Positions 55,667 to 64,000 of a DNA stretch of 64,000 nucleotides are shown here, piece after piece. The DNA lies in the NCBI GenBank assembly GCA_903872155.1, contig CAIQJP010000042.1, positions 83,028 through 147,027 of the forward strand, in the 5' to 3' direction. The stretch's first letter is position 1, and every line of letters starts with the position of its first letter. The notes beneath the pieces are model-generated. The model made no database searches and had not been told where the DNA came from. It saw only the letters and a program-made list of their open reading frames with translations. Both the position numbers and the translations under genes were made by a program. The stretch is from an uncultured Actinomycetes bacterium. GTDB taxonomy: Bacteria; Actinomycetota; Acidimicrobiia; Acidimicrobiales; Ilumatobacteraceae.

Positions 55667-56107
55667 TTATTGGTTCTTCTTGCGCATCATGACGGTGGCC
55701 GCTTTCCAGGCTCCCCATTCGATACCTGGCTCGACCATTGCCTCGTCGATATCAACCCATGTTGCCGGACTCAATCCATACACATCATCGGGGAACGAGC
55801 GTTCATCAAATTCGTCTCGCGTGACGGCCGGCGACCCAAGATTCTTGAGTACTTCAGTAATTGGCCGAGTTGCCTGACGAAATATTGCTAGCGGATTTGT
55901 CCGTTGTTCAAAGACATCTTGAGATAACAGCTCGACCAAATTGTCGTGGACTTCGGCGGAAACTTGGGCGATCACCGATATACAAAGATCTCCGACCCGA
56001 GGGTCGGAGATCTTCTGTTCATCACAATGTTTTCGGATTAGCCGTTCAACCCACTGAGCGACGACTTGGTCGGAAGTCTCAAGAAGTCGAGCCGAGTAAT
56101 GATCCAC
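55667..56107 (-). CDS. Hypothetical protein
   Basis: 146-aa ORF filling the interval. No motif recognised. Confidence 0.5.
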   Translation of the reverse strand: MDHYSARLLETSDQVVAQWVERLIRKHCDEQKISDPRVGDLCISVIAQVSAEVHDNLVELLSQDVFEQRTNPLAIFRQATRPITEVLKNLGSPAVTRDEFDERSFPDDVYGLSPATWVDIDEAMVEPGIEWGAWKAATVMMRKKNQ

Positions 56108-56151
56108 GTTCTCTATGCAAGCAGACTTTTCGTCAATTCACTCACTCAAGA

Positions 56152-57477
56152 TCAAAGAGCCACTGTTGTGGTCGGAGTGATCTCTGGTCCCAAAAGATCA
56201 AGAACGTCATGCAAGATATGTCGAGCTTCATGTAGTTGATCTCTGGTTGGCTGTGATCCATCGGCAGGTTGCACCAACGAGCGAGCCTGAGCGAGCAGTA
56301 ACAATGCATCAGAGTTACCTTGTTCGGTTGCTCGTGGCTCAAGGCGATCAACGATGGCGATGATTCGCCCAACCGCAGATGCGATTCGTGAATCACGAAC
56401 TTGCTGCAAAGCATCGCGGACAACTTGTCGCGCATCAACTGTTGGATCATTCAATACCTGGTCTTGCGCTGCCCGCAAGATAGTGAGCAATTGTTCTTTC
56501 ACAGTTGCAGGAGCATCTGATGCCTGCACCGCAGCGATCACACCGGCAAGAGTCAATGAGGCTCGAGCTGTTGGTTGATTACTCAGTGCCTCTTTTGCCA
56601 ATTCCATGGCCGCTTCAAACGCGTCGTGGTCGGGCAAAGTCCCGGCATCAAGAAGTAATTTCACTTCTTGCAAAGCAGCAACTGCTGCCACGGCAGCGTC
56701 AGAAGTATTGCCATCAAGCAGACGCAAGGCTTCGGTTACCTCAGCAAGTTGACGAGGTAACTGTTGGTCGTCACGGACATGCCCCATTTCGGGGGACTCA
56801 TTTTCGGGGTTTTCGCCACCAATACGTGTGTACACCAGTGCTGCAACATTTGCGAAGACTGCACGCACTTCATCGGCCAAGATCACTTCACCTGCATCGA
56901 GACGAACTTGAAGTGCAGACAAAGCCTCTAATGCAGCATCTCGTGCTTCACTTTGTGGCAAGGCATTGAGTGCCGTCGTTGCTCGAGCAATGTTTTTTGC
57001 TAAATCATCGTGACGATGTTCAGAATCATGATGTTCCGTTTCGGGAGATTCGGTTTCGTTGTCATCACTCGAGTCATCACTTGTGTCGCTGCCTGGCTCA
57101 ATTGCAGGTAACGCAACAATCACGTCTGATGGCATTGATGTCGTTGGCAAATTGTTGGAACGACGATGCTTCGGCTCGGATGTTACTGGTGCAACTGATG
57201 CCGGAGTTTCTGATTCATCATCGTCGACCTCAGTCGTCGGAGCAGAAACTGGAGGAGTCGAACTCGTTGGGGCAATTCCAACGACAGTTGTTGGAATAGT
57301 TGTTGGAGGAACACTTGACCGAGATCGTTCACGACGTGGTATCGATGACTGTGGCACCTCTGTTGATTCGGTTTCGTTTTCGTGTGAATCACCGCCCGAA
57401 GCGAGCAAGGGGCTCGAACTGAGAGCTACGGGAGTCATCAAGATGGCCAAAGTTGGGAGTACATAGCGACGCTTCAT
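56152..57477 (-). CDS. Secreted protein with a disordered acidic P/T/S-rich region and a helical-repeat C-terminal half
   Basis: Signal peptide 'MKRRYVLPTLAILMTPVALSSSPLLA'. Repeated 'A..AL.AL....LDAG' helices. Confidence 0.6.
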   Translation of the reverse strand: MKRRYVLPTLAILMTPVALSSSPLLASGGDSHENETESTEVPQSSIPRRERSRSSVPPTTIPTTVVGIAPTSSTPPVSAPTTEVDDDESETPASVAPVTSEPKHRRSNNLPTTSMPSDVIVALPAIEPGSDTSDDSSDDNETESPETEHHDSEHRHDDLAKNIARATTALNALPQSEARDAALEALSALQVRLDAGEVILADEVRAVFANVAALVYTRIGGENPENESPEMGHVRDDQQLPRQLAEVTEALRLLDGNTSDAAVAAVAALQEVKLLLDAGTLPDHDAFEAAMELAKEALSNQPTARASLTLAGVIAAVQASDAPATVKEQLLTILRAAQDQVLNDPTVDARQVVRDALQQVRDSRIASAVGRIIAIVDRLEPRATEQGNSDALLLLAQARSLVQPADGSQPTRDQLHEARHILHDVLDLLGPEITPTTTVAL

Positions 57478-57533
57478 TTTTTATCCTTTGGGTAGAGAAT
57501 TTTGTTGATAGTTATCGAGATCGGGGGCATTGC

Positions 57534-57785
57534 TTATGGCGCAACAGAATCAAGATCGGCAATGGCCTGATCAATGACTTCAAGATCGGCATCCAATGAC
57601 GCCAGATCACTTTCAACTGCTGCCAATTGCGGGTCACTGACTGCTGAAACCTGCGTCTGCTCAACCACTGACACAGTTGGCTGGCTTTGGTTTGATTCGG
57701 GCTCAGCTGAACTATGACTGCACCCCACGACAAAAAGACTCGCCATGGCCAATGTCAAGGAACATTTAAGGGATTTCGTCTTCAT
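57534..57785 (-). CDS. Small lipoprotein (83 aa)
   Basis: Lipobox 'LFVVGCS' after 'MKTKSLKCSLTLAMAS'. Start set at the ATG at 57785, inside a longer ORF. Confidence 0.55.
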   Translation of the reverse strand: MKTKSLKCSLTLAMASLFVVGCSHSSAEPESNQSQPTVSVVEQTQVSAVSDPQLAAVESDLASLDADLEVIDQAIADLDSVAP

Positions 57786-57943
57786 TGGTGCTCGCTTGCG
57801 GGATCTGCTGAGTGACTGGCGGTCGCCCAGAACGAAGAAGTCACGCCTCGCCCCCAAAGAAGGTTTGGTGGTTTGGAGATATTTGTCTCGTCGCTCGCGG
57901 CGAACTGTCCTCGTGTGCCACAGCCCCTCTATATGGTGAAGGC

Positions 57944-58645
57944 ATGGGATTCTTTGAAGCACGCAAACAGCGCCAGGCCGCAAAAGTCGCCGCCAAGCAA
58001 GCAGCTCAACAGCAAGCACAATTGCAAGATTGGCAACAAAATGCCGATTCTCTCGACGCCATGCTTGAAATCGTTCGTGATTGCCGCAATGGCAAGATTT
58101 CCGAACAGTTCACCGATACCGGCGACTACGGGTTCATGCTGAAAAAAGGTGAATTCGCCGTGGCCTATTTACAAGTTGGATTTCTCGAAAATGTTCGGGC
58201 GCCAACGAAATACAGCGGTGGTTACGGCGGGGTTTCTTTCCCAATTTTCGGCAAGGTGCGACTCAACGCCGGCAAAACTGGAGGAAAAATCACGCAAGGT
58301 ACTGAGTCAATCAACGCGACCGACCAAGGTCCGCTCCTCATCACCAACCAACGAATCATGTTCGCTGGCACCAAGCGGTCCCATGAGTGGCGTTTTGACA
58401 AAATGATGAGTTGCTCGCATTCCCCTGAAGGTTCTTCAATTTTCGCAATGACAGGTGCTGCGAAACCAACTGGTGTTGCATACGGCAAAAAAGCCGCTAC
58501 TGAAGTGCAGTTTCGTATTGAACTGGCATCGGCAATTGCTCTCGACACTCTCGACCGCTACGAAGCAGAACTCGTGGCTGAACGAACGCAACTTGATGCC
58601 GACCGTCCACTTCCGCCACCACCGAATTCTTCAACAACCTCTTGA
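57944..58645 (+). CDS. Hypothetical protein with a bacterial PH/GRAM-like core
   Basis: 'GPLLITNQRIMFAGTKRSHEWRFDKM' resembles bacterial PH-domain strands. Q/A-rich N-terminus. Start set at the ATG at 57944. Confidence 0.5.
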   Translation: MGFFEARKQRQAAKVAAKQAAQQQAQLQDWQQNADSLDAMLEIVRDCRNGKISEQFTDTGDYGFMLKKGEFAVAYLQVGFLENVRAPTKYSGGYGGVSFPIFGKVRLNAGKTGGKITQGTESINATDQGPLLITNQRIMFAGTKRSHEWRFDKMMSCSHSPEGSSIFAMTGAAKPTGVAYGKKAATEVQFRIELASAIALDTLDRYEAELVAERTQLDADRPLPPPPNSSTTS

Positions 58646-58675
58646 GGCACAACTCTGTCTCGTAGAGTTCACTCC

Positions 58676-59938
58676 ATGAGTTTGCAGAGGCGTCCATTCA
58701 TCGCCTTATTTTTGTCAATCACGACAATGGCTGGCCTGGTCGCCTGCAACGGTTCAAGTTCGACCTCAACACCAGACAGCACTCCTCAAGTTTCGACGAC
58801 TGCCGCGCCCCAGGTGTCAGATGGAGTGTTTCGCCTAGGCCTACTCATCCCCCAAACCGGATCTGTCGATGGCAGTGGCAAATCGCTCACTGAAGTGGCA
58901 ACAAATGCCATCGGTATTGTCAACGCCTCTGGCGGAATACTTGGTCGCGATATTGAGCTTGTCGTCCGAGATGAGGGAAGTGACTCGGCGACGGCACTTG
59001 CGGCGGTGGATGACTTCATCAGCGAGTTTCACATTGATGCTCTCATCGGTCCGATGTCATCACCGATTGCCTTGTCGGTGCTTCCGCGTTTAGTTGAGAA
59101 CAACATTGGTTCATGCTCTCCAACTGCGACCGCAGTATCGCTCGCCTCATTCCCCGACAACGGACTTTTTGTTCGCACCACGCCATCAGACATTTTGGCG
59201 AGCGAGGCCATGGCCCAATTGATTGGACAAACCGGCGTTATTGAGACTCTGGTTACCTATCCGGATGATCCGTACGGACGAGCCTTTGTTGCCGAAATTC
59301 GTCGATCACTTGCAGTGCAGGGAATCGCCATTGTCAATGAAGTTGCTTACGATACAGATTCAACTGATTATGCGCCGATCGCCCAAGAACTCACGGTGAA
59401 TCCAAATAGTGTGATCACACTGATCGGCAACAGTGAAAGTGGTGGTCGACTATTGAACAGTTTGGTTGATACGAAATCAGCCAACAAGATCATTGTCAAT
59501 GATGCACTTTCTCAGGTTGACCTGAGCACCAACATCAATCTTGATTCTGAAATGCGACAGAAAATTGTTGGTGTTGCAGTTGACGCATTCGCAGGAACTG
59601 ATGCAAATAACAACGCTTTAGTCCCACCATTTTCTGCGGCGGTTGTCGATTGCGTTAATCTCATTGCTCTTGCCGCAATCGCCAGCAAATCAGATACCGC
59701 CGATGTATTTATGGCTCAAGTGCCTGTCGTCAGTCGAGGCGGTTCAGGTTGCAATCTGTTTGAGGAATGTTTGGCTTTATTAGAGCAATCACTCAATATT
59801 GACTACAACGGAGTCACTGGTTTACTTGACCTTGACCCGAATGGCGATCCCTCACGTGCTCAATTCGTCACCTTCGGATTTGATGACCAAGGACGAAGTG
59901 AATTCAAAGAGCGAATTAACGTAGTTGCTTCGCCGTAA
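58676..59938 (+). CDS. ABC transporter substrate-binding lipoprotein (LivJ/branched-chain amino acid type)
   Basis: Lipobox 'GLVACNG'. Type-1 periplasmic binding fold pattern ('RLGLLIPQTGS', 'ALIGPMSS'). Confidence 0.8.
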   Translation: MSLQRRPFIALFLSITTMAGLVACNGSSSTSTPDSTPQVSTTAAPQVSDGVFRLGLLIPQTGSVDGSGKSLTEVATNAIGIVNASGGILGRDIELVVRDEGSDSATALAAVDDFISEFHIDALIGPMSSPIALSVLPRLVENNIGSCSPTATAVSLASFPDNGLFVRTTPSDILASEAMAQLIGQTGVIETLVTYPDDPYGRAFVAEIRRSLAVQGIAIVNEVAYDTDSTDYAPIAQELTVNPNSVITLIGNSESGGRLLNSLVDTKSANKIIVNDALSQVDLSTNINLDSEMRQKIVGVAVDAFAGTDANNNALVPPFSAAVVDCVNLIALAAIASKSDTADVFMAQVPVVSRGGSGCNLFEECLALLEQSLNIDYNGVTGLLDLDPNGDPSRAQFVTFGFDDQGRSEFKERINVVASP

Positions 59939-59946
59939 AACTGACG

Positions 59947-60654
59947 TTAAATCAGTTGGGCGAGTTCACTCACATCGGTGACGGTACCTGCATAAAAAGT
60001 CCCGAACTCGGCATAGACCGCAGATGCCTCGTCGAAGCGCATTGTGTAAACAACTTCTTTGAGATCGTCGGGGCGATTTGCAAACAAGGTCACTCCCCAT
60101 TCGAAATCATCTACTCCGGTTGAGCCTGTCACAATCTGAATCACTCGACCAGCAAATTTACGTCCGCTCGTGCCGTGTTCGTGCATCAGTTCTTTACGTC
60201 GGTCATACGGCAAGGTGAACCAGTTCGCATCTTTCACGCGACTCTTGCTCATCGGATAGAAACACCACGCCAACTTTCCCTCAGGTGGAAGTTGTGGGTA
60301 GAGCCGTGAGGTCAACATCGCCTCGGGCATGCCAACGGCGTATTCACTGACTTCGGTCATCGACACATAACTATCAATGATGTCAAGACCAGCGTGCTGA
60401 AGCGCCGTCTGGAACTTACGCAACAATCGCCAATCTTTGGTGAGCGCCATAATTGCAACGTCAGCCTTGTGGCCGAGCATGGAGACACAAACAACTTGTA
60501 CACCAGTCGCTTCGGCATCTTTCACGGCAGCGATGAATTCATCGGCTTCGTACACCAAAGTTGGTTTGGCAAAAAGGTGGATGACAGAAAGACCAACGCT
60601 GGGGCTCATCGTTCCGTCTTCGGCTGGACCAACTACAGGGGCATGCTCACTCAT
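59947..60654 (-). CDS. hemQ: Coproheme decarboxylase / chlorite-dismutase-family HemQ (ChdC)
   Basis: 'CFYPMSKSR...WFTLPYDRRKELMHEHG...VTGSTGVDDFEWGVTLF' is a typical HemQ core. Its ATG at 60654 overlaps the upstream stop (ATGA). Confidence 0.8.
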   Translation of the reverse strand: MSEHAPVVGPAEDGTMSPSVGLSVIHLFAKPTLVYEADEFIAAVKDAEATGVQVVCVSMLGHKADVAIMALTKDWRLLRKFQTALQHAGLDIIDSYVSMTEVSEYAVGMPEAMLTSRLYPQLPPEGKLAWCFYPMSKSRVKDANWFTLPYDRRKELMHEHGTSGRKFAGRVIQIVTGSTGVDDFEWGVTLFANRPDDLKEVVYTMRFDEASAVYAEFGTFYAGTVTDVSELAQLI

Positions 60655-63600
60655 CTGCCTAACGCTATCTTGCGACGACGATTCTCTGAAATTGCAGTAA
60701 GCAATAAGCCTAAGAACGCTATGACACATGGCAACCACAATTGAAGAGTTGCACCAGTCTTAGGCAATTCACCCAGACCGATCACTGTTCCGATTGGGTG
60801 AATAAAAATTGCCTGACGCATTCCACGGGCACTCACCGGGGCGAAAATTGCCAATGTGTGGAAGCCCTCTACATCACGAGGGAATACGAAAGTAAACGTC
60901 GCAACGCCATTGGCGTCAGCTGTAGTACTCGCCAATAGTCGTGGTGTTGAGGCCAGGAGAAGTTGAACATGCTCACCAGGTACAAAACCTGGAACAGAGA
61001 TCGTTTGCGAGTCTCCAGCAACAAATTGAATGCTGGGTGTAATTGACTGTTCCGGAAGTAACAGCACTTCTTCTTCAGTATCGACAACGCTTAAGACTGG
61101 TTCAAAGTAAGTGAATGCTCCAGTAAGCACACGGTCACCCGACGGCGAAATGATGTGAACATCAACAGCACCAGGGGCATGCGCTGGAGTTGTCACTGAA
61201 ATTGAGTTAGCCGAAACCACCGTGAGATTTGTCGCGACCGTTGTTCCAAATTTCACTTGTGTGGCTTGTGAGAAATGTTCTCCTGTGATTGTCACAGTCG
61301 TACCACCAAGTTCAGGGCCGATATTTGGAGTCAAGTTGGCGCTCAACCCGACATTACGAAGCAATGCAATCGGTTGGGAAATTGCTATTTGATCGGCCGA
61401 TGCAGAATCTCCAAGGTCTTGAAAAGCTCCACCAACGATGAGTCGTGAGTCAGAAGTGATTTCTAAAGAATTGAAATATGCACCCTGATTTTTCCCAAGG
61501 GCATACCACTGATCATTGGTCCATGTAGCTAATCCAGTCATGTTTGGATAAATCTCTGAAGTAAAGTCGCCCGCCACAACTAGCGCTCCAGTCGGTGCTA
61601 TTTCCATGTCGTAAACACAGCCATTGAGTGAGTGGTCACCGCTTAATTCTTCCCATGTCGTTCCGTCATATCTTGCGACACTGACACTTTGATCTCCCCA
61701 CTCCATGCAGCCACCGGCATACAACACATCCCTTCCCGTAGAACTATCAACGAGTAATGAATACGCGAACGACGCAAACTCCTGGCCATCTACTGACGCT
61801 GTTCCCACTGCCGACCATGTTGTCCCGTCCCATCGCGCCAAGTAACCAGCAGAAGACGTGCCGCTGGTATCAGGGAAATAGCCACTGACATATAAAGAAT
61901 TGTCACTGCCAAATGCCATCGCGTAGGCCCAATCAAACGCACCGTTGCCAGAACCATCAGAGCCGAGCGCGCTCCAAGACGACCCGTTCCATTTTGCAAC
62001 ATTGTCTGCTTCGGGGATGTCCGCCAAGTTTTGGAATTCACCACTTACATACAGGTCCCCTTCAGCGGTGAACAACATTTTGTAGATGACAGCATCGGCA
62101 TCTGAAATAACAGAAGTCCAAGATGACCCATCCCATTTCATCAGAGACTGTTGATCAACAAGTCCCACAACGTCAAAACTCCCCGCAATAAAGACATCAC
62201 CAGTTGGCGAAATAGCGATTTCGGAAAAGTAGCAATCGTCTGTACATGAAAACACTCCGTCCCCTGAGGCACTTTGGCCAAGACCTACCCAACGTGAACC
62301 ATTCCAACGCGCGACATAGTCGGCATTTGCTTCACCGCTCGCATCTTCAAAACTGCCCAAAATGTAGATCTCGCCATTTGGGCCTTGCGCAACACTCGTA
62401 ATACTCCCGTTGACATCACCATCATTTGCGTTTGAACTTAGGCCCGCCCATGCCATGTCGAGAGGACTAATCGGCGCAACATAACTGAACGCTTTGCTCA
62501 ATGTCGCGGTGCCACCTTCAGTCGTTAAAACGATGTCCGCTACACCGATTAATCCAGCAGGAACAATCACCAATAATTGTGTGTCAGAAATCGCGCCGAA
62601 CTGAGTTGATGTGACCCCACCAAAGGTGACTGAAACGACATCGCGAATTCCTGTACCTTCTAAGACCACCCATGATCCACCTTCAGAAGAGCCAGTCGAA
62701 GGCGTTAGCGAAACCAAGGTGGGTTGGACTGGCGTTCGATATGTGTACAGAGCCTCTGACTGACTCGTACCGCTTTCTGTTGTCACCGTGATGTTGACTG
62801 CGCCATCAGCTTGAGCAGGCGTAACTGCCGTCATCATTGATTGACTTACCACCACATATGACGAGGCCGGTATCGCCCCGAATGACACGCCCGTCACATT
62901 GATGAAATGTGATCCGAAGATCGTCACCTCTTGTCCACCCGTTGTCGTTCCGGCATTTGGCGACACCGAAGAAATCAAAGGGCTTGGGATCGGACCATAC
63001 GTGTAGACCCGCGCATTTTCGGTAATAGCTATGATTCGTCGTTGCGGGTCGGCGGTGTCACTAATGGCAAACCCCGTCCAACCAAGGGATGGCAAGCCAG
63101 CACTGCTCCACGTCACACCACGGTCAGTTGACATTTGAGGGATAGAACCATACGAGCTTGCAATGAGAACCAATCCATCATCGGACATCGCTGCAAATGT
63201 GGCCTGGTTATCTGCGAATGTTGATCCGATATTCGCGCTAGTAAATGACTGCCCGCCATTTCGCGATGACATCACACCAGCAGCATTTCCCTTTGCGACT
63301 CCCATGATGGTCATTCCATCATCTGATATTGCAATCTGATTCCAATTCGTTCCTGAACCCTGCAAAGTATCCCAGTTTTCACCTCCATCGACAGATTTTT
63401 TCATCGCTGATCCATAATTCGCTGCAACCACTTTGCGTCCATCAGAACTCATGTCAATAGTCGTCACAGCAGGGCTGTTAGTTACGAGGGTAAAATTCCT
63501 ACCACCGTCGATTGATTTCAGAATTCCAAATGCTGTCGCTACAACGACGGTGTTGCCATCATCTGAAATTGCAATATCGTTCAATTGATTCAATGCCGTG

Positions 63601-63974
63601 TGATCCGGTGTCGTTTGAGCCAATGTCCAAGTAGAACCCGAGTCAATTGATTGATAAATACTTTGACCAATGCCATCCCACGACAACGCAAAGACGATTT
63701 GGCCGTTGCCGCTGACTGCGATGGCCCCCCAATAGGTGCTTGGTGCGTTCGCCAGTTCAGTCCAGGTCAAACCTGCATTGACTGTTTTCCAAATTTTCCG
63801 CGGCGCGTTCGTTGGGTTTTCAGTGGCGTAGGCGATCATCCCATCATTTGACGAATCAACTCCAATTAACCGCTTCAAATCGGGACCACTTTGACTCCAA
63901 CCCACGCCAACCGCGTGTGCGACGCCAACATGAGAAATTTGTGGAACCACCAACGTCATTGACAGTAGGAGCAC
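60651..63974 (-). CDS. Large LPXTG-anchored surface protein (BNR/Asp-box propeller + IPT/TIG domains + second ~55-aa-repeat propeller)
   Basis: Six 'S.D.G.(T/S)W' Asp-box repeats; three IPT-like segments ('SPNAGTTTGGQEVTIFGSHF' and others); six 'A(R/K)W(D/N)G(S/T).W..LG' repeats; C-terminal 'LPKTG' followed by a TM helix and 'RRRK'. The reading frame stays open upstream to the window edge, so the 5' end may be incomplete. Confidence 0.8.
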   Translation of the reverse strand: MLLLSMTLVVPQISHVGVAHAVGVGWSQSGPDLKRLIGVDSSNDGMIAYATENPTNAPRKIWKTVNAGLTWTELANAPSTYWGAIAVSGNGQIVFALSWDGIGQSIYQSIDSGSTWTLAQTTPDHTALNQLNDIAISDDGNTVVVATAFGILKSIDGGRNFTLVTNSPAVTTIDMSSDGRKVVAANYGSAMKKSVDGGENWDTLQGSGTNWNQIAISDDGMTIMGVAKGNAAGVMSSRNGGQSFTSANIGSTFADNQATFAAMSDDGLVLIASSYGSIPQMSTDRGVTWSSAGLPSLGWTGFAISDTADPQRRIIAITENARVYTYGPIPSPLISSVSPNAGTTTGGQEVTIFGSHFINVTGVSFGAIPASSYVVVSQSMMTAVTPAQADGAVNITVTTESGTSQSEALYTYRTPVQPTLVSLTPSTGSSEGGSWVVLEGTGIRDVVSVTFGGVTSTQFGAISDTQLLVIVPAGLIGVADIVLTTEGGTATLSKAFSYVAPISPLDMAWAGLSSNANDGDVNGSITSVAQGPNGEIYILGSFEDASGEANADYVARWNGSRWVGLGQSASGDGVFSCTDDCYFSEIAISPTGDVFIAGSFDVVGLVDQQSLMKWDGSSWTSVISDADAVIYKMLFTAEGDLYVSGEFQNLADIPEADNVAKWNGSSWSALGSDGSGNGAFDWAYAMAFGSDNSLYVSGYFPDTSGTSSAGYLARWDGTTWSAVGTASVDGQEFASFAYSLLVDSSTGRDVLYAGGCMEWGDQSVSVARYDGTTWEELSGDHSLNGCVYDMEIAPTGALVVAGDFTSEIYPNMTGLATWTNDQWYALGKNQGAYFNSLEITSDSRLIVGGAFQDLGDSASADQIAISQPIALLRNVGLSANLTPNIGPELGGTTVTITGEHFSQATQVKFGTTVATNLTVVSANSISVTTPAHAPGAVDVHIISPSGDRVLTGAFTYFEPVLSVVDTEEEVLLLPEQSITPSIQFVAGDSQTISVPGFVPGEHVQLLLASTPRLLASTTADANGVATFTFVFPRDVEGFHTLAIFAPVSARGMRQAIFIHPIGTVIGLGELPKTGATLQLWLPCVIAFLGLLLTAISENRRRKIALGR

Positions 63975-64000
63975 ACCGATAAATGTCCGAACGATTGAAC

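Overview
This is a 64-kb chromosomal segment that looks actinobacterial. GC looks moderate, about 50% by eye (not computed), so it may come from Acidimicrobiia or another streamlined aquatic lineage; that placement is inference. The phylum call rests on lineage markers read from the translations: a WhiB1-like gene next to a PdtaS-type kinase, DUF3107, the histidine-phosphatase/DUF3090/SCO1664 trio, a mycothiol-type DinB/maleylpyruvate-isomerase family protein, an F420-type LLM oxidoreductase, PAC2, HemQ/ChdC, a UPF0182 gene near a PDZ-Lon-like protease, and GlnD.

The window is gene-dense, with about 70 CDS and one initiator tRNA-Met. I saw no rRNA, CRISPR array, transposase or integrase. Content is mostly housekeeping or envelope genes (plsY, etfBA, Mrp/ApbC, RlmI-like, GT39) and accessory metabolism (L-fuconate dehydratase cluster, modABC-padR, BVMO, pirin, SDRs, VapBC).

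Observations most worth following up:
1. A ResA/TlpA-like redoxin has an in-frame TGA exactly where the catalytic Cys should be, followed by a SECIS-like hairpin. It is a candidate selenoprotein with a U-x-C motif.
2. A translationally coupled Arn-like envelope-glycosylation operon (GT-C, extended SDR, DegT aminotransferase, GT2). The SDR has Asn in place of the catalytic Tyr.
3. A DivIVA-domain protein whose C-terminus carries a phage Mu-F/SPP1-gp7-like HxxCRC motif.
4. An unannotated 53-aa zinc-ribbon protein with a poly-Asp tail and a strong Shine-Dalgarno sequence.
5. A CadI/ArsI-type gene broken by a single 1-nt frameshift.
6. A perfect 25-bp palindrome over the -35 box of an apparently leaderless modABC-padR operon.

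All functional calls come from motif recognition by eye. No database searches were run.
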